A DNA stretch of 64,000 nucleotides from Lingula anatina (taxonomy: Eukaryota > Animalia > Brachiopoda): contig CM120649.1 in assembly GCA_051362555.1 (NCBI GenBank), forward strand, positions 6,510,001-6,574,000, given 5' to 3'. A model generated the notes under the pieces. That model was not told the DNA's origin. It searched no databases and saw nothing but the letters and a program-made list of their open reading frames with translations. A program made the position numbers and the translations under genes. The first letter of the stretch is position 1. The number at the start of each line of letters is the position of its first letter. Shown here one piece after another: positions 40,101 through 52,880 of this stretch.

Positions 40101-41713
40101 AACAAAAAAAAGATGAAGAGCAGATGTAAACTTTGTACTCACCCCGATTCACTTATCGTTCTACTCAACTCAGTTAACTTTTAACACTGACCGAATAACG
40201 TAACAGTTTCTTTTTCTGCGAAAACTGACTTCCTTAATGTCTTCGACGCTTGTTTCTTCTGGTGGTGCACGTAATATCAAGGAGTATACAGACGCGTGGC
40301 TTGTTGCCTTTATCAATAAACGCATTGTGATTATCAAAGTTAGGTAAACATTCCAAGAAAATGTTCCGAATATGGAGATGACAGAGTCACGTGATCTTCC
40401 AAGAAGATATTAAAATAGTAACAGTTCGGTGGTGACTGAATGGCCTCTTTGTCAGTAGGCCTACTACATTTTTTCCTCCTTGTCCTACCCTTCCCATTCG
40501 CTTCGATTCTTTTAATGATGTATGAAATCACGTAATACTCCTGTCTAACACGGTACGTTTTGTTTATTTTTTACACTGGGAAGGGGCGTTACGGGAACTT
40601 AGGCCGCCATTTTATTTAGAAAATAGGCAGCCCCCCCCCCCCCTTCCACTTATTTCCTCCTCCCCCTAAACTGTATTGGTAAAAAGAATAGCTTCTTCCA
40701 AGAAGACTTGCCGACATATTTACCAGACAGACAGCCAGTTGAAATAACGTGAAAAGGAACATAGGAGGAAAGCGGCCTTCCTGGAAGGGCTAAATTCGGC
40801 AGAAGTCCGGCTTGGAAAAGATTGATTTTTCTTCCTTGATAAGCCGTTTCCCCTTTACTAATTTTTTACCATCCGTGACGGGCAGTGCAAATTATTGTGT
40901 ATAATTATTTTCAAATGTTTCCTATTAAAAGTACGAGATTGCATGAGAATAAAAAAGTCAATACACGTTAATTTTCTGAAAAATACTAATTGCACATGCC
41001 GATATTGTAGATGTAAATAAGGGGCATTAAGGTTGTTTTAATGATTTTTAATGCTTTAATTGTTGCATTCTTATTGTAATAACAGGCATGATAAGATATT
41101 AGCCAAGCTGGGAACGGATTTTTATTTCACGCCCTTTTTTCTTTGTTCAGGTTGCATAAAGGGTGACCAAGGAGAAAAAGGTGAGGGTCGTTGACCTTAG
41201 AATCCCTTATTGCATCAAAAAAAGAAAAAAAAAACAATTCAATGCAGCAATCCTTACTGTTATCCCATATATCTGAAGTCAAATGTTTGAAGTTCACCTT
41301 GTTCACGTATTTTGCGCAGTAGTTAAAACTTGAACTTCATTTCTTTATTATTTATTTATTTATTTATTTATTGTGTAATGTAGCTGTATGTACCAGTATC
41401 GCCCTTAAAACTGTTTTACAATCTGCCTGTGTAGCCATCAAAATAACATAGATCAACTCCTGTGTCAGCCCAAAATGGGCATAAGGGGGAAATCTATTTT
41501 AAATGTGTTCATTTAGTCTGCTGTTTCCTAATTACAGGTGACAAAGGGGACCCCGGTCCACCAGGCCAGGTAGGAATGATTTTTTATCAAGTTTAATAAG
41601 TGTTATTCTAGTTGATATGATTTAAGTAATACTATAATCAGTAGTTATGTGAAACCCGTATGAAGACACACAATAATGTTAGTGGTCGATGCGATATACT
41701 GTGAACGGCGTGC

Positions 41714-41751
<38 letters not shown>

Positions 41752-41763
41752 CAGATTGAGTGC

Positions 41764-41826
<63 letters not shown>

Positions 41827-44800
41827 TGATAAAATATAAACTCGTTAAAATGGCTTAGACGTGGACTGCAATTGAGAAGTTAACAATAGCATTTGTACAC
41901 CGTAACAGGAGGTCGTTACAAACTATTTGTAGATAAATGCGAGCGCTGCTCTGTTCTCTGGTCCAAGGACAGAGAGGGAGGGAGACGGTTTTTACGATGT
42001 TCATGAAGGTAGTTTTTATTTCTCAGTTCGCTGGGCGCCATTGATCTTTCTCCACGCTAACTGGTACATGTAGATATCACTAAAATCGGGCTGTATCTGA
42101 CCTCAAATCATAACACTTCTTTAGAGCTGCAATGGAAGAGCAATTTATATAGGGTAGTGACTAGTAAAATTGAACTACTGTCGAATGTGTCATATTTTTT
42201 AATGTAGCTCTTACTTTGGTGTAAAAGAAGGTATAATTTTCGCTGCTTGTCGATAGCTTAATCCAATAATGTTGAATAAGTAGCTGACGTATTTAATTGT
42301 TTAATTTTATTGGAAGGACTGGCTTAGGTAATGGCGTGGGGTGGCTAATTTCACTATCATATATATTTAGGTTGCTATTGGTAGCTTTCCGCCAGGCAAA
42401 AATATTCTCGAGTTTTGTTAATGAGCTTCTCTTGTTGTAGATGGCGCTGGCGGCGGCACTTTACCAGGGGAATGTAGGTCGGTATGACGTACCTGAAGGT
42501 ACATTTCATTTGTGTCACGTGATCAGGCAAAATTAATCAGTTAAAACCAGCGAAAACGAAAGTGAAACCGCTTGAGGGTTTTTGTTCGAGGAACTTCATG
42601 GAATTGAGTAATAACCATGAGATTGGCGAATGCCAACGGCTGCTACTTCACGCCTAACGAGAAAAATATATTTTCTTATACATAAATAAAAATTTGAAAT
42701 CGAAACGGCACTGGTTGCCAAAACGTTCACTTTGTTCCAAATTCATTGTATGCACATTTATAATTCATAGTATGCACATTTATAATATCTTCATCCTGTG
42801 AAATGACAAAACAACGGAGTTAATTTTGCCTGGCTCCAAATAGTTTTGTTAACAATATCACAATGCATTCACATTTTCATATAAAGCTGCATTTAGAAGT
42901 TTCTTACATTTCGACCGTTCAGTTTTTCGAGGTCTATTTTGTTCCAGTAGATACAAACCGTTTAGTAACGAACCATTGTCTCCATTTCGTCTTTATAGAG
43001 GATTATGATCCAAATAATATACCGGGTGAGAGGATCGGTTGCGACCATGCTAATATCAGGGAGAGGACTTTCCGAAGCTGCGGTAGGTCTATAGGCCCAT
43101 ATGTTCAGTGCTCTGACGCCGCGTTTTTTTTTTTTTTTTTTTTTTTTTGTTTTGTTTTGTTTTTTTTTAATGGATGAAAGTTTAGAAAAGAGAGAATCTG
43201 TTGCGAATTCTTCCTTTATTTTGCAGCATGGTTGGCACACGTTGGCACACGTTGACTCAATTGCATTTTCTTTAGATGAAAATGTTTTGCGGTCCTTGTC
43301 AATACGTTTTTCAAGCTGGGTGTGTGTTTCAGAATTGTTTGGCTGGAACCTTGCTGTCCATTGGACATAACGTTTACAAAGCTTAAAATGCCACAAAACA
43401 ATTCTGTATAGTTCAAACAAGAAACTTCTAAATGCAGGAATGCGGATACACAGCCTGCCTTACATCCGCTTTTAATTCATTAATTGCTTAGGATTTGTTG
43501 CGTCGCTTTGCAATGCACTTGCATGACCAACGCTTCTCTTTGAGGACGTTACGGCCTCTGGTTTGTGAGAACAATCTTAATTATTTATTGACTCGAAAAT
43601 AACCGCGGTGTGCAGATACGCAGGTTGAACTCCTTTTCGCCTTAATATTAGAAAGGAAATGGATGCAAATGTTAATGCAAAACCATCCAAGACAACTCTT
43701 CCCTTGTAATGCCGCAGATCTCTACATTCTCAAGCGTAAAATGTTTTCTATGTTGAAGTGTCAAACACTGGAAATTGTGTATTATGAATGATTTTGTTAC
43801 CATCTTAATAATAAGTAAAACAAGTAATCCGCCATTTCCCCTTTCTTCGCTCGGTCACTATACTCCTCAACCTGCCTACGACACTAGTGGTTACTTGACC
43901 GATACTAATGCTTGTTGGCTCTTCATAATTTTGGTTATTTTAAATCTATTGTGTTATATACAGCAATTGTTACGATTTGTTATTTCACAGTTTATTGCAC
44001 GCCCTCAGGAAGTTTCGCTTTTACTTTAAAATCAACTTGTACGCTGCACCTATGGTATTAATTTTTGGGGTTGTGATTTTATTTTTTCTTGACTCATTAT
44101 TTTCTCACGAGTCTTCAGTAAATACTGAACTGGGGGGGGGGCTGTGTGTTATCCTTTCACCAGTCTTTTTATCAGCTATTACGGGCCCTTTTTTGCGGTC
44201 GTCTTTTTAAAGACTGAAATTCGGGAAATTGAAACTAGAATCTAATGGTGTTTTAGCAACTGTTCATGTTTTTAAAAATCAAAATGCCAAAACACGCCAA
44301 ATGAAGGCTGATAAAAAGCATTTATTTACACGTGTTTGTGAGTGATAAAAACCAGACCAGGAAATGAAACCTTAACCTGGTACGTGTACAGTGTAGCAAG
44401 TAAGCTGCTTCCAAATCCTCTGTGCGTTTACGATTTTTGTTTCCAAATATTGTAGTCTAAAACAGACCGCCGTAAAACAGACGAAAAGGGGCTGGACTTG
44501 CTATGTAAAACTACAATGCTGGTACAATATAATTATAAGATTTTTTCTTTTTTTTTCATATCTATGGTGGTATATGAGAAATGTATTTTTTTATTTCTTT
44601 ACATGTGGTCCCTTAAATATCACAGATGGCAAACTACAGCATTGGGAGAAGGCACCGTGGATGACACACCCAGATCACGCGAGATATTACGATAACAAGT
44701 TTCGTCTGAACTGGGACGGCCAGGTGCAAGTGACGGAAGCCGGGTTGTACTATTTATTCGGACAGGTAACAGTACGTATTCTGTTGTTTTGCTTTGTATT

Positions 44801-45938
44801 GGCTATGCGGCTGCTTTTAAGCTTGAAATATTTAGAGGCTTTTTGTTTTTAGATTTTTTCTTTTATTACCATAGTTGCATATTTATATTCTTTTGTCACA
44901 CTTGTAAGCATCCTGCGGTAATAGGGTGAAGAACAGGAAGGGGCTTTACTGTGCGATTAAGTCTAATGGTCATTATATAGATCTTAGAACGTAGACAAAG
45001 GAACAGCCAGTTGAAAAAACGTGAAGAGTTACGTAGGAGGAAAGCGTTTTTCCTGGAAGGGCTGAATTAGGCAGAATTCTGGAGATTCCACAGCGGATCA
45101 TCCTTTATTTCATTTAAACTGGTTGATTTTCCTTTGTTGATGGCGACACATGAAATACTTACGTCACATGATTAAGAGAATTTTGAATGCACACTTAACG
45201 CGTTCTATCTATTTTTTTATCATTTGGGCTCTTTAACGCTTTTAGATATTGTTTGTCTGCAAAATGCTTTTGGTAATATTCTATTTCTTTTCTTGATTCA
45301 TCCAAAACTTGACACACCCTGCTTGTGAGCCGTGAGTGATTTTACGTGCAACATTAAAAAAATATATATATAGTTGGGAAATGTACTTCCTACTCAATAT
45401 TCAACGCGGAGTCTTCATTACCTGTATATATGTGCTATGTAAAATGTACAATGTAAAACGATTTATTTATTTTATTATCATAATATTTATTATTTTTCAT
45501 TTTTTAATTATTTTATTGTAATTTTATTTATTTGTTTGTGTTTTTTTTTTCATTTTTTTTCTCATGAACTTGATGTCACCAAAAACTTTTTTTACTGACA
45601 TAAAATTTAGTGTCATATTTTTTTCTCTCCAACAGATAATGTTCTACAACGCGGCTCCATTCAACACGGCGGGTATAGACGTGAAGGGTCGCAGCATAGT
45701 AAGATGTACCCACAGCGTGACCAACGTCAACCAAGGTGGCACCGCCCCCACCTACCAAACGTGCTCCATGGGGACGATATGGTACCTTGAAAGGAACGAC
45801 AACGTGCGAATGGTTGTTAAACAAGGCAACCGGGTGATAGACATGCAACAGGATACGACATTCTTCGGCCTGGTGAAGTTGGCTGACGCACCGGAAGTGG
45901 TGACGTCAGCAACAAGGCCCCCGACGTCACGTAGGTGA
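35586..45938 (+). CDS. TNF-superfamily ligand A, ectodysplasin/Eiger-like type II membrane protein with mini-collagen (402 aa, 8 exons)
   Basis: Exons 35586-35981, 38746-38932, 41151-41180, 41538-41569, 42441-42477, 42999-43082, 44626-44765 and 45636-45938 are in phase (1209 nt). TM WVPAIVVAVLLLVALAPCGVVF; furin RLKR; KCPRRCRRCC; GDQGEKGDKGDPGPPGQ; TNF domain LQHWE..GQVQVTEAGLYYLFGQIMF..YQTCSMG..TTFFGLVKL. Confidence 0.9.
40727..40810 (+). repeat. ~85-bp interspersed repeat, second copy at 44993-45080 (both in introns of gene A)
   Basis: Both copies contain ACAGCCAGTTGAAA.AACGTGAA...TAGGAGGAAAGCG...TTCCTGGAAGGGCT.AATT.GGCAGAA. Confidence 0.75.
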
Positions 45939-47728
45939 GGGTAGATAGTCATTCCATCAGGGACAAGAGACACTTGAAGAGATTGTGCCTCAGTTAAAGT
46001 GTGGTTCGTAGAAATGGATACGGGAAAGGTGTCACTTCCAACGTTTTATTACATTTCACCGAGTTTTCAGTTCAACAATTTGTAGTTTACTTGACGAAAT
46101 GTATCGTTCTCACGAAAAGACGAGGTGTCTAACAATGTTTATGTACATGTATATAAATGTAAATAAACACTGTATATAATGAAGACTGCAATACAATAAA
46201 GTCAGAAAGAATTCGTCCAAATTAATACTTACGATTTTAAGTAGTGCACCAAATTATGCACGGGCACTTTATAGATGGTACTTTATATGCAACATACCTG
46301 CAGCAACTCGAATTAGGAAATACTTATAATAAAAAGAACACTTCCATTAACTTACTTAAAATTAATTAATTAATTGCCTATTTTATGTTTCATTTTGATA
46401 CAATATATTTATTTATTTACATCGTGATTTCCCGGTGGTTCTTTTAAAGGTACCCAGCACTGTTATGTAGGCAAGGTAAACACGTGTGTTTGTTATTATA
46501 TTAATAATGAGATATTTACTTAACATTACAGAGAGCTGTCGAGCAAAATGTAAATAGTTTGGTTATTTGAAATTATTTGTACCTCCATAAGTGACTTTAC
46601 AGGAAGTTTTCATAATTAGGCGAGAAGGGGATCCCCAGTTAGTAGTACAATGTAATTATCATTTAAGCAATAATTGTAACTATTAATAGAAAATACAGTG
46701 AAATGAGACAGGGTGAGTGAATGAGAGAGAGTGGAGTGACAGTAGGAAGTTCAGATTAATTGCATCATTCTGTGAATTCATTCAAAACTTGCATATAAAT
46801 ACATTTATTCATTTACGTCGTTCATTATAGTCACGTTAGTATGAGTTCTTTGCAAGTATAGTCGTCTCGTGTGGTTCCAATGCAATAAAATATTTGTTTA
46901 AAACATCTTAATTTTGTTATTTGTTTCACGGGCTACAAAACATGATTGTAGAGAATTGTAACGTTGTGGTGGTCAGCTGAAAATTAACCCTTCCAAAAAA
47001 TGCGAGTAAATTATATGCAAGCTGAAGAATAATGCAATTCGGCATTTAATTCCATAGTATGATTTCTAATCAATATGTATACGCTATCTTGGGCAGTTAT
47101 TTTTAATATTTCATTTATAAAACCCATAGACCTTTCTGGTTCTCTATCAGATCACGAGGTATATACTCTCTCAAAGAGATCTTATATGGTAATATCTGTT
47201 CGTATAGAGAAAATGGTTTAAACCCTTATAACACGCTGTATGTCAGAGGCGAGCGGGAATGAATTGACAAAAATAAGTTTAAAATACATCAATATATGTA
47301 AAAGGAAATATAAAACAAACAGTTGATTGATTAAAACATGAGGATCTATACCTAGATTTCAACTGGTGTCCCCAAAGCCTGAAAAGAACCCTGTCAATTC
47401 CCAATGAAATTAGTATACAATGGATATTGCGGCGACATCCCCCTTGCTTAATTCCTCTTTCTTGTTCCACGCAATTCTTCTTCCAAGAAAGTGCACAGTG
47501 CTTATAAACAAAACTATGGTCGATAAGTCCATTTAGATTCTGTATCAACTGTTAATGATTTACCGATTTTACAGGGTGCTAAACTTGCCTGGTAAGGAAA
47601 CTGACGTATTTGCAGGCAAATCATTGCTTTCCGCTGATTTATATTCAATCAACCTATCGTGCCAATTGCACTATAATCTCAAAGCGCGGATGCAACATAT
47701 GCATTTGCGGTCTGTGCATAATTGCATC

Positions 47729-50700
47729 ATGTCAGTGTCAATAAGAGTAATGATGTTTTTACTCTGGTTACATTTCACAAAATCAGTGCCCTTATTTGCA
47801 AAACCTGTCATCGAGACAAGGCACATTGTTCGCCAGGACAGAAGAGGGGAAGACCCCGCAATTATTCAATTAAAAGGGGAACCACCGACCGTAGACGACG
47901 CGCAAAAACTCCCTCCTGTTAATTATAAGGCACGCAAACTGGCCCGGATTAGACCCAGAGTGCGCAAAAGTGGAGCGAGCGGCAGATTTCAAAGAGCTGT
48001 AGTGTCCAATGAAGTCCATGTAAGTGATCTCTATTTATTTTTTATAAACAAATATTTTAAAAACTGTGCCAACTTTCTTTTGACAGCCTAAAAGTGGCCA
48101 AATACGGTACGATTCAGTGCAAACATAATGAAAACACTTAATTTTGCATAAATAGAGTTTTAACAAATTCAAACTTAGATGTCATGAAGCGGGTACCTTT
48201 AAAATGTCCCAACTTTCACTGTCAGGTGGGAAATGGTCGTGCTGCAGCTCAGATGGTACCGGTGACTGGTGCGGGGGGACGCGAAGGAGCCATTATGGCG
48301 GACGGTAAGTAAAATCTACTTTTCACATTTCTTAAATTAATCCCGCTTTCTACATATTGTCCAGTTTGAGATATAAAGTTGATGGTCATTGGCGCTAATA
48401 TTTACTTACCATCAAGGGATTTTAATTTATTTAATTATTTACTCGCTCATTTAATCATTTATTTATTTGTTTGTTTGTTTGTACTGTTTTAGGAAATGTG
48501 GTAGATTACATAGTCTCCCCTGTGGTCTGTCTCTTGACCTAATGAGGTGGCAGTAATTGACAACCTTCCAAAAATCGTTAATCATTGATTTTTTATTCGG
48601 TCTATATTTCAACTGTTTAGACATGAGAATATTAATCGCTACATAGCAAATGAAATTCATATCAAGGCAATCAAAAAATGAAACTCTTTTTTTTTATAAT
48701 TTTTCACAAAAAAGTGCAATATCAAAGCTCAGGAACACAAATTTAAGTCATGGAGAGTATTTTACAAGTTTTTAAAATACTTTTTTGTATTTACTAAAAA
48801 GCTAAGATAATGGCAGATTTGATTTTTTGGACTGAAATGAAGAATATTGTAGAGACAAAGCAACCCCTTAAGAAATGCTTACCCACGTTTGTTTGAAAAA
48901 TTGCCGTTGGAAAACGCCATTCCGTGAGTCTGCGCATGGGAAAAATAATGCTTGACTCACAAAGTGATTATGAACAAAAGCTCAATGAAATATTACATAT
49001 TTTTAACTTGCTGAAATAGTACTGGTACTCTGGTAGGGCACCAACAGAGAACGTTTAAGCTAAGGGTATTTTACCTCATATACAACGGGGAACATATTTT
49101 CAGTCTTAAATATTGGACTTCTTAGAACTGATGTTTGTATATATTTTACATTGCTTCCACATATATGCATATCAGTCATTCTTTGCTAGTGGTGCACTGC
49201 GGGGGGACCATAACAAGAATGTTATTTCAATTTAGATAGCCGACCAAATTCTCATGACATCGTTGTGTATGTTTCAATAACAAATCAAAGAAGCTGCATG
49301 AGCAAGGAGGATATTGTTATAAAAGCAAAAGAAGAGAAAAAGCAGAAAATATATCGAAATTACCCTCAAAATGGCGTCTTTTTTTGTGGAATTTCGACCC
49401 TACCTCTATTTAGGAACAGTTTGTTTAGGGTTTGAATGAATTATTGAAGCAGGGAATACACCTACTGCAAGAAGATATAATAAACAGAATGTGCAAATGG
49501 TTATTTAAATAAAAATTTATTTGAAGTCACTGAAAAATGATCACAAAATTAGCTTAACTTACGATACATGCGGTGTCCCACCCCGATGAAAATTTCATCT
49601 AATCCTATCTTTCCGTATTAAAACTGTTCAATCGTCCAAAGTAGTATTTCGGTTAGTTTGTGTCACGAAATCCATGATAATATCAGTTTTCTTAAGAATT
49701 TCACATTTATTGCTCAGCAAGGTCGATTTTTCTTCACCGCGTCCCAATATAACGTTCGCAACGCTGCAACTTCAGAGATCGATTCTTATCAGACGACTTT
49801 AAAATGCCGCGTGAAAATTATACATCGATAGCGATCTTCTTCCATACTCACTAACTGATGACGTCTACACACGAATGGCTTCTTTTACACACTAAAAAAA
49901 ACCAGCTCAAACTGGCGGGTGGCCCATTCTGATAACATGGCACGCAATGACGCTGTCGAGATAGGATGCAGGGCACAGGTGTAATTCCCTCGATTTAACC
50001 GTCACAGGATTGTTTATTGGGATCTTCTTTGTATGAAGGTGAGAAATAATGAGTTTCGTTTCATTTTTCTTCAATTGTTTCAACATATTTGTGTACCGAT
50101 TGATTTTTACCATTCTATAAGTAGGGTGACTTCGTCTGAACTTTCGTTTTGCGTCTGTTTCACATGGGGGACTAAAGGTCATATTGAACATGGTGACGCG
50201 GTGATACCGTATTCATGTTCTCTTGTTCTCGAAAACTCAATCATCGAAATTGAATTACTTTTTTTTAGTTTTGTCTTAAATTAAGCTGCTACACTGTATT
50301 CCGTGCGTTTAAAATTTAACCGTCTGTAAAAACAGCAATAATGGATTACTAGCAACACTTACGTTACGCAATGAAGCACCGAAAATGGGTGAAGAAAATG
50401 TGTCTCAGTAATGCGTGTTTGCCACTCATAATGCACTGTACTTTGTTTGAATAAGCAATAAACTATTTGTGATCTTAGGTTATCCATTGTTCGTTATCAG
50501 AGTTAACAGATTCTTTGTGTGATTTTTTTTCAGAATCCCAAGAGTGGATGCCTTAGTGAGCACAGAACAGATATCACCATTGGTCTACATATGTCAGGAA
50601 GAATGTTATAATTATGAACTTTGTGTTACACTGAACTTCATTTTGTTAAATTTTGTATTTAACTGAACTTTATTGTGTTAAAATAATAATAAAAAAATAA

Positions 50701-51735
50701 TAGTTCTGATAAAAAACTACAATCTGGAACATTCTTTAGATCAACTTTGTTCAGTGTGTGTCCCATATATGACAGAGTTACAGTAAATAAAATATGTGCA
50801 TTATTCCTCTGTGTTTGTCAATTCCATTTTAAAAGCATGTGAAAGTGGTGTGCCCCTCATGAATGAAGTGTGTATGGATAATAGCAAAAATATTGTTATT
50901 ATTTACATGATTATAAAAAGTTTTTGTACCCGCGTCAATAACGTTACCGTGACCCACATATTCACCATTTTTATTAATTATGAAATGTGGATTAAATTCT
51001 TCAAAACCAGTTTTGAAGCATTGAGACAACACCCCCTTATGATTTAAACTAAAACTGAAAACATTCCATTAGACTTTCATTAGTTTGTGCAAAATATATT
51101 ACCCAGGGTAACGCGTCTTGGATTTGGTGGGTATAGCTGTTCAACTCTCCTGTGTGCCCTAAAAAGGGCAGCTGCTGTTTCCCTTTTTATGAAATGATAA
51201 ACTGTGATGGTGTAGCTATCACATCGCAAAATTACAGCTTCCCAGAGAAAGTTTGAAATTTTCGGTCAAATTCAACATTTTGTAACCACTAGCAAAGAAT
51301 GACAGATATACAGTTTTTCTTTTAGGGCGGTTCACGGCATGGCGCACACAATACCAAAACGGCATGCACTTTGACCCCCAGCCTCCGCGACACGGCCTCG
51401 TTGTCCTTGTGCCTGGGTTGTACTTCCTCTACTCCCAGGTTTACTACCACCAGTACACGTCACACGCTATGACCCACTGCATATACATGCGGCACGAGAC
51501 AGACCCGGAAACCACCAGGCGCCCTCTATCGTGCGCGCTGTCGTCTGCTAGTTCCAACCCAAACGAGGCTTTCGCAGTCGCTAAGTGGGTCAATTCGAAC
51601 ACGAACTATGCCAGTGGGTTGTTTGAGTTGGCAGAACATGATATCGTCTGGGTTGCAATGCAAGATGGTTTTGAACACTTTCGGATTCGATTAAATCTTA
51701 ATGCGACATACTGGGGAGCGTTTCTCATCGCATGA
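47729..51735 (+). CDS. TNF-superfamily ligand B, probably secreted via signal peptide (~259 aa, 3 exons)
   Basis: Exons 47729-48019, 48226-48304 and 51326-51735 are in phase. N-term MSVSIRVMMFLLWLHFTKSVP; furin-like RFQR; AAAQMVP..GRFTAW..LVVLVPGLYFLYSQVYY..YASGLFELAEHDIVWV..ATYWGAFLI. Start Met is uncertain (alternative 47690). Confidence 0.85.
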
Positions 51736-51813
51736 CAAAATGAACTTAAATTTTGTAAAGACAATGTTTTTTTTTTTTTTTTTTTTTTTTTTAAATGTTG
51801 AGAAGAAAAGAAA

Positions 51814-51816
<3 letters not shown>

Positions 51817-51882
<66 letters not shown>
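51817..51882. repeat. (TA)n microsatellite in 3'UTR of gene B
   Basis: ~33 TA units just after a long T-run. Confidence 0.95.
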
Positions 51883-51883
<1 letters not shown>

Positions 51884-52446
51884 CATATGTCAAATTGGCG
51901 TCTAGAGCTCGTTAACATATGTATGGCGTGGCGCTATCCGCGCTGTACTGATTACGCATTATAAAAGCACTTGTACATGTTCGATTATTTTTATAAGTGA
52001 AATAAACAGTATTTTTGTATCACATGTACTATTCATTGTGAACAAAGCCAGTAAGTAGTATGAATGCAACATGATTTCAATATTTTATGCAGAAAAGACT
52101 TGTAAAAATGACCGACATTTTAACTTTGATTCTAATGATTCTTGGGGTAAGCCTATAAGATCAATATAAAACTTGGCTACCAATTCGAGATTTTTTTATA
52201 AAAAATAATATATGAGAAAAATGTTCACCAACAGAAAACTAAGTAGCAAGTATAAAAACGCGGAACTTGGAGTATCCAATTGGACCTTGGTTGTGTACCT
52301 GTACGTACAGTGTACGTCATATGCACGTCATCGCTTGCGCATGAAGATATCGATATACAAAAGATACAAAGTCGCTGAGTGTCCGTACGCTTGTATGTAT
52401 ACGTAAGAGTTACATGTACATACGTAAGTACATGATAACGCACAAC

Positions 52447-52614
52447 CAGGGGCGGATTTAGGCCGTCTTCTGGGTCTTCTGGAAGACGGTCAGATTTTCA
52501 AGTTTAAATTGACGGGTATCCAATTTTTCATGTTGGAATACGGTCAAAATTAGAGGGTGAATCAACAAAGATAATTTGGAAGACTGTTAGAAAATAACTC
52601 TGGGTCCGCCCCTG
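52447..52614. mobile_element. hAT-type MITE with 8-bp TSD
   Basis: TIRs CAGGGGCGGA / TCCGCCCCTG; perfect 8-bp TSD CGCACAAC at 52439-52446 and 52615-52622. Confidence 0.88.
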
Positions 52615-52699
52615 CGCACAACTACATCAACCACTTGCCTGTATCTTTATCTAAACTTGCCATACCGTTGCACACCTCGATGATATATAGGAAATCGAA

Positions 52700-52872
52700 T
52701 TGTCCCGCCAAAAGGCGCATGCGCATATTCCCAGAAAAAGAGGACATAAACAGCTTTGTAAAATGGCACTCATAACCATTATACATCCCCACCTGTGGTA
52801 GCCGCAGTCGTTAATCTCACATAAAACACACGGGGGATTCCCCCTTCATCCCATTCAACCTGGAATTTCACT
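52700..52872 (+). promoter_or_regulatory. Proximal promoter of TNF-family gene C
   Basis: TCCCGCCAAA 52703, GCGCATGCGCA 52715, TTCCCAGAA 52728-52736, CATAAACAGC 52745, GGGGATTCCC 52833-52842. Confidence 0.6.
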
Positions 52873-52880
52873 TTACCGCC

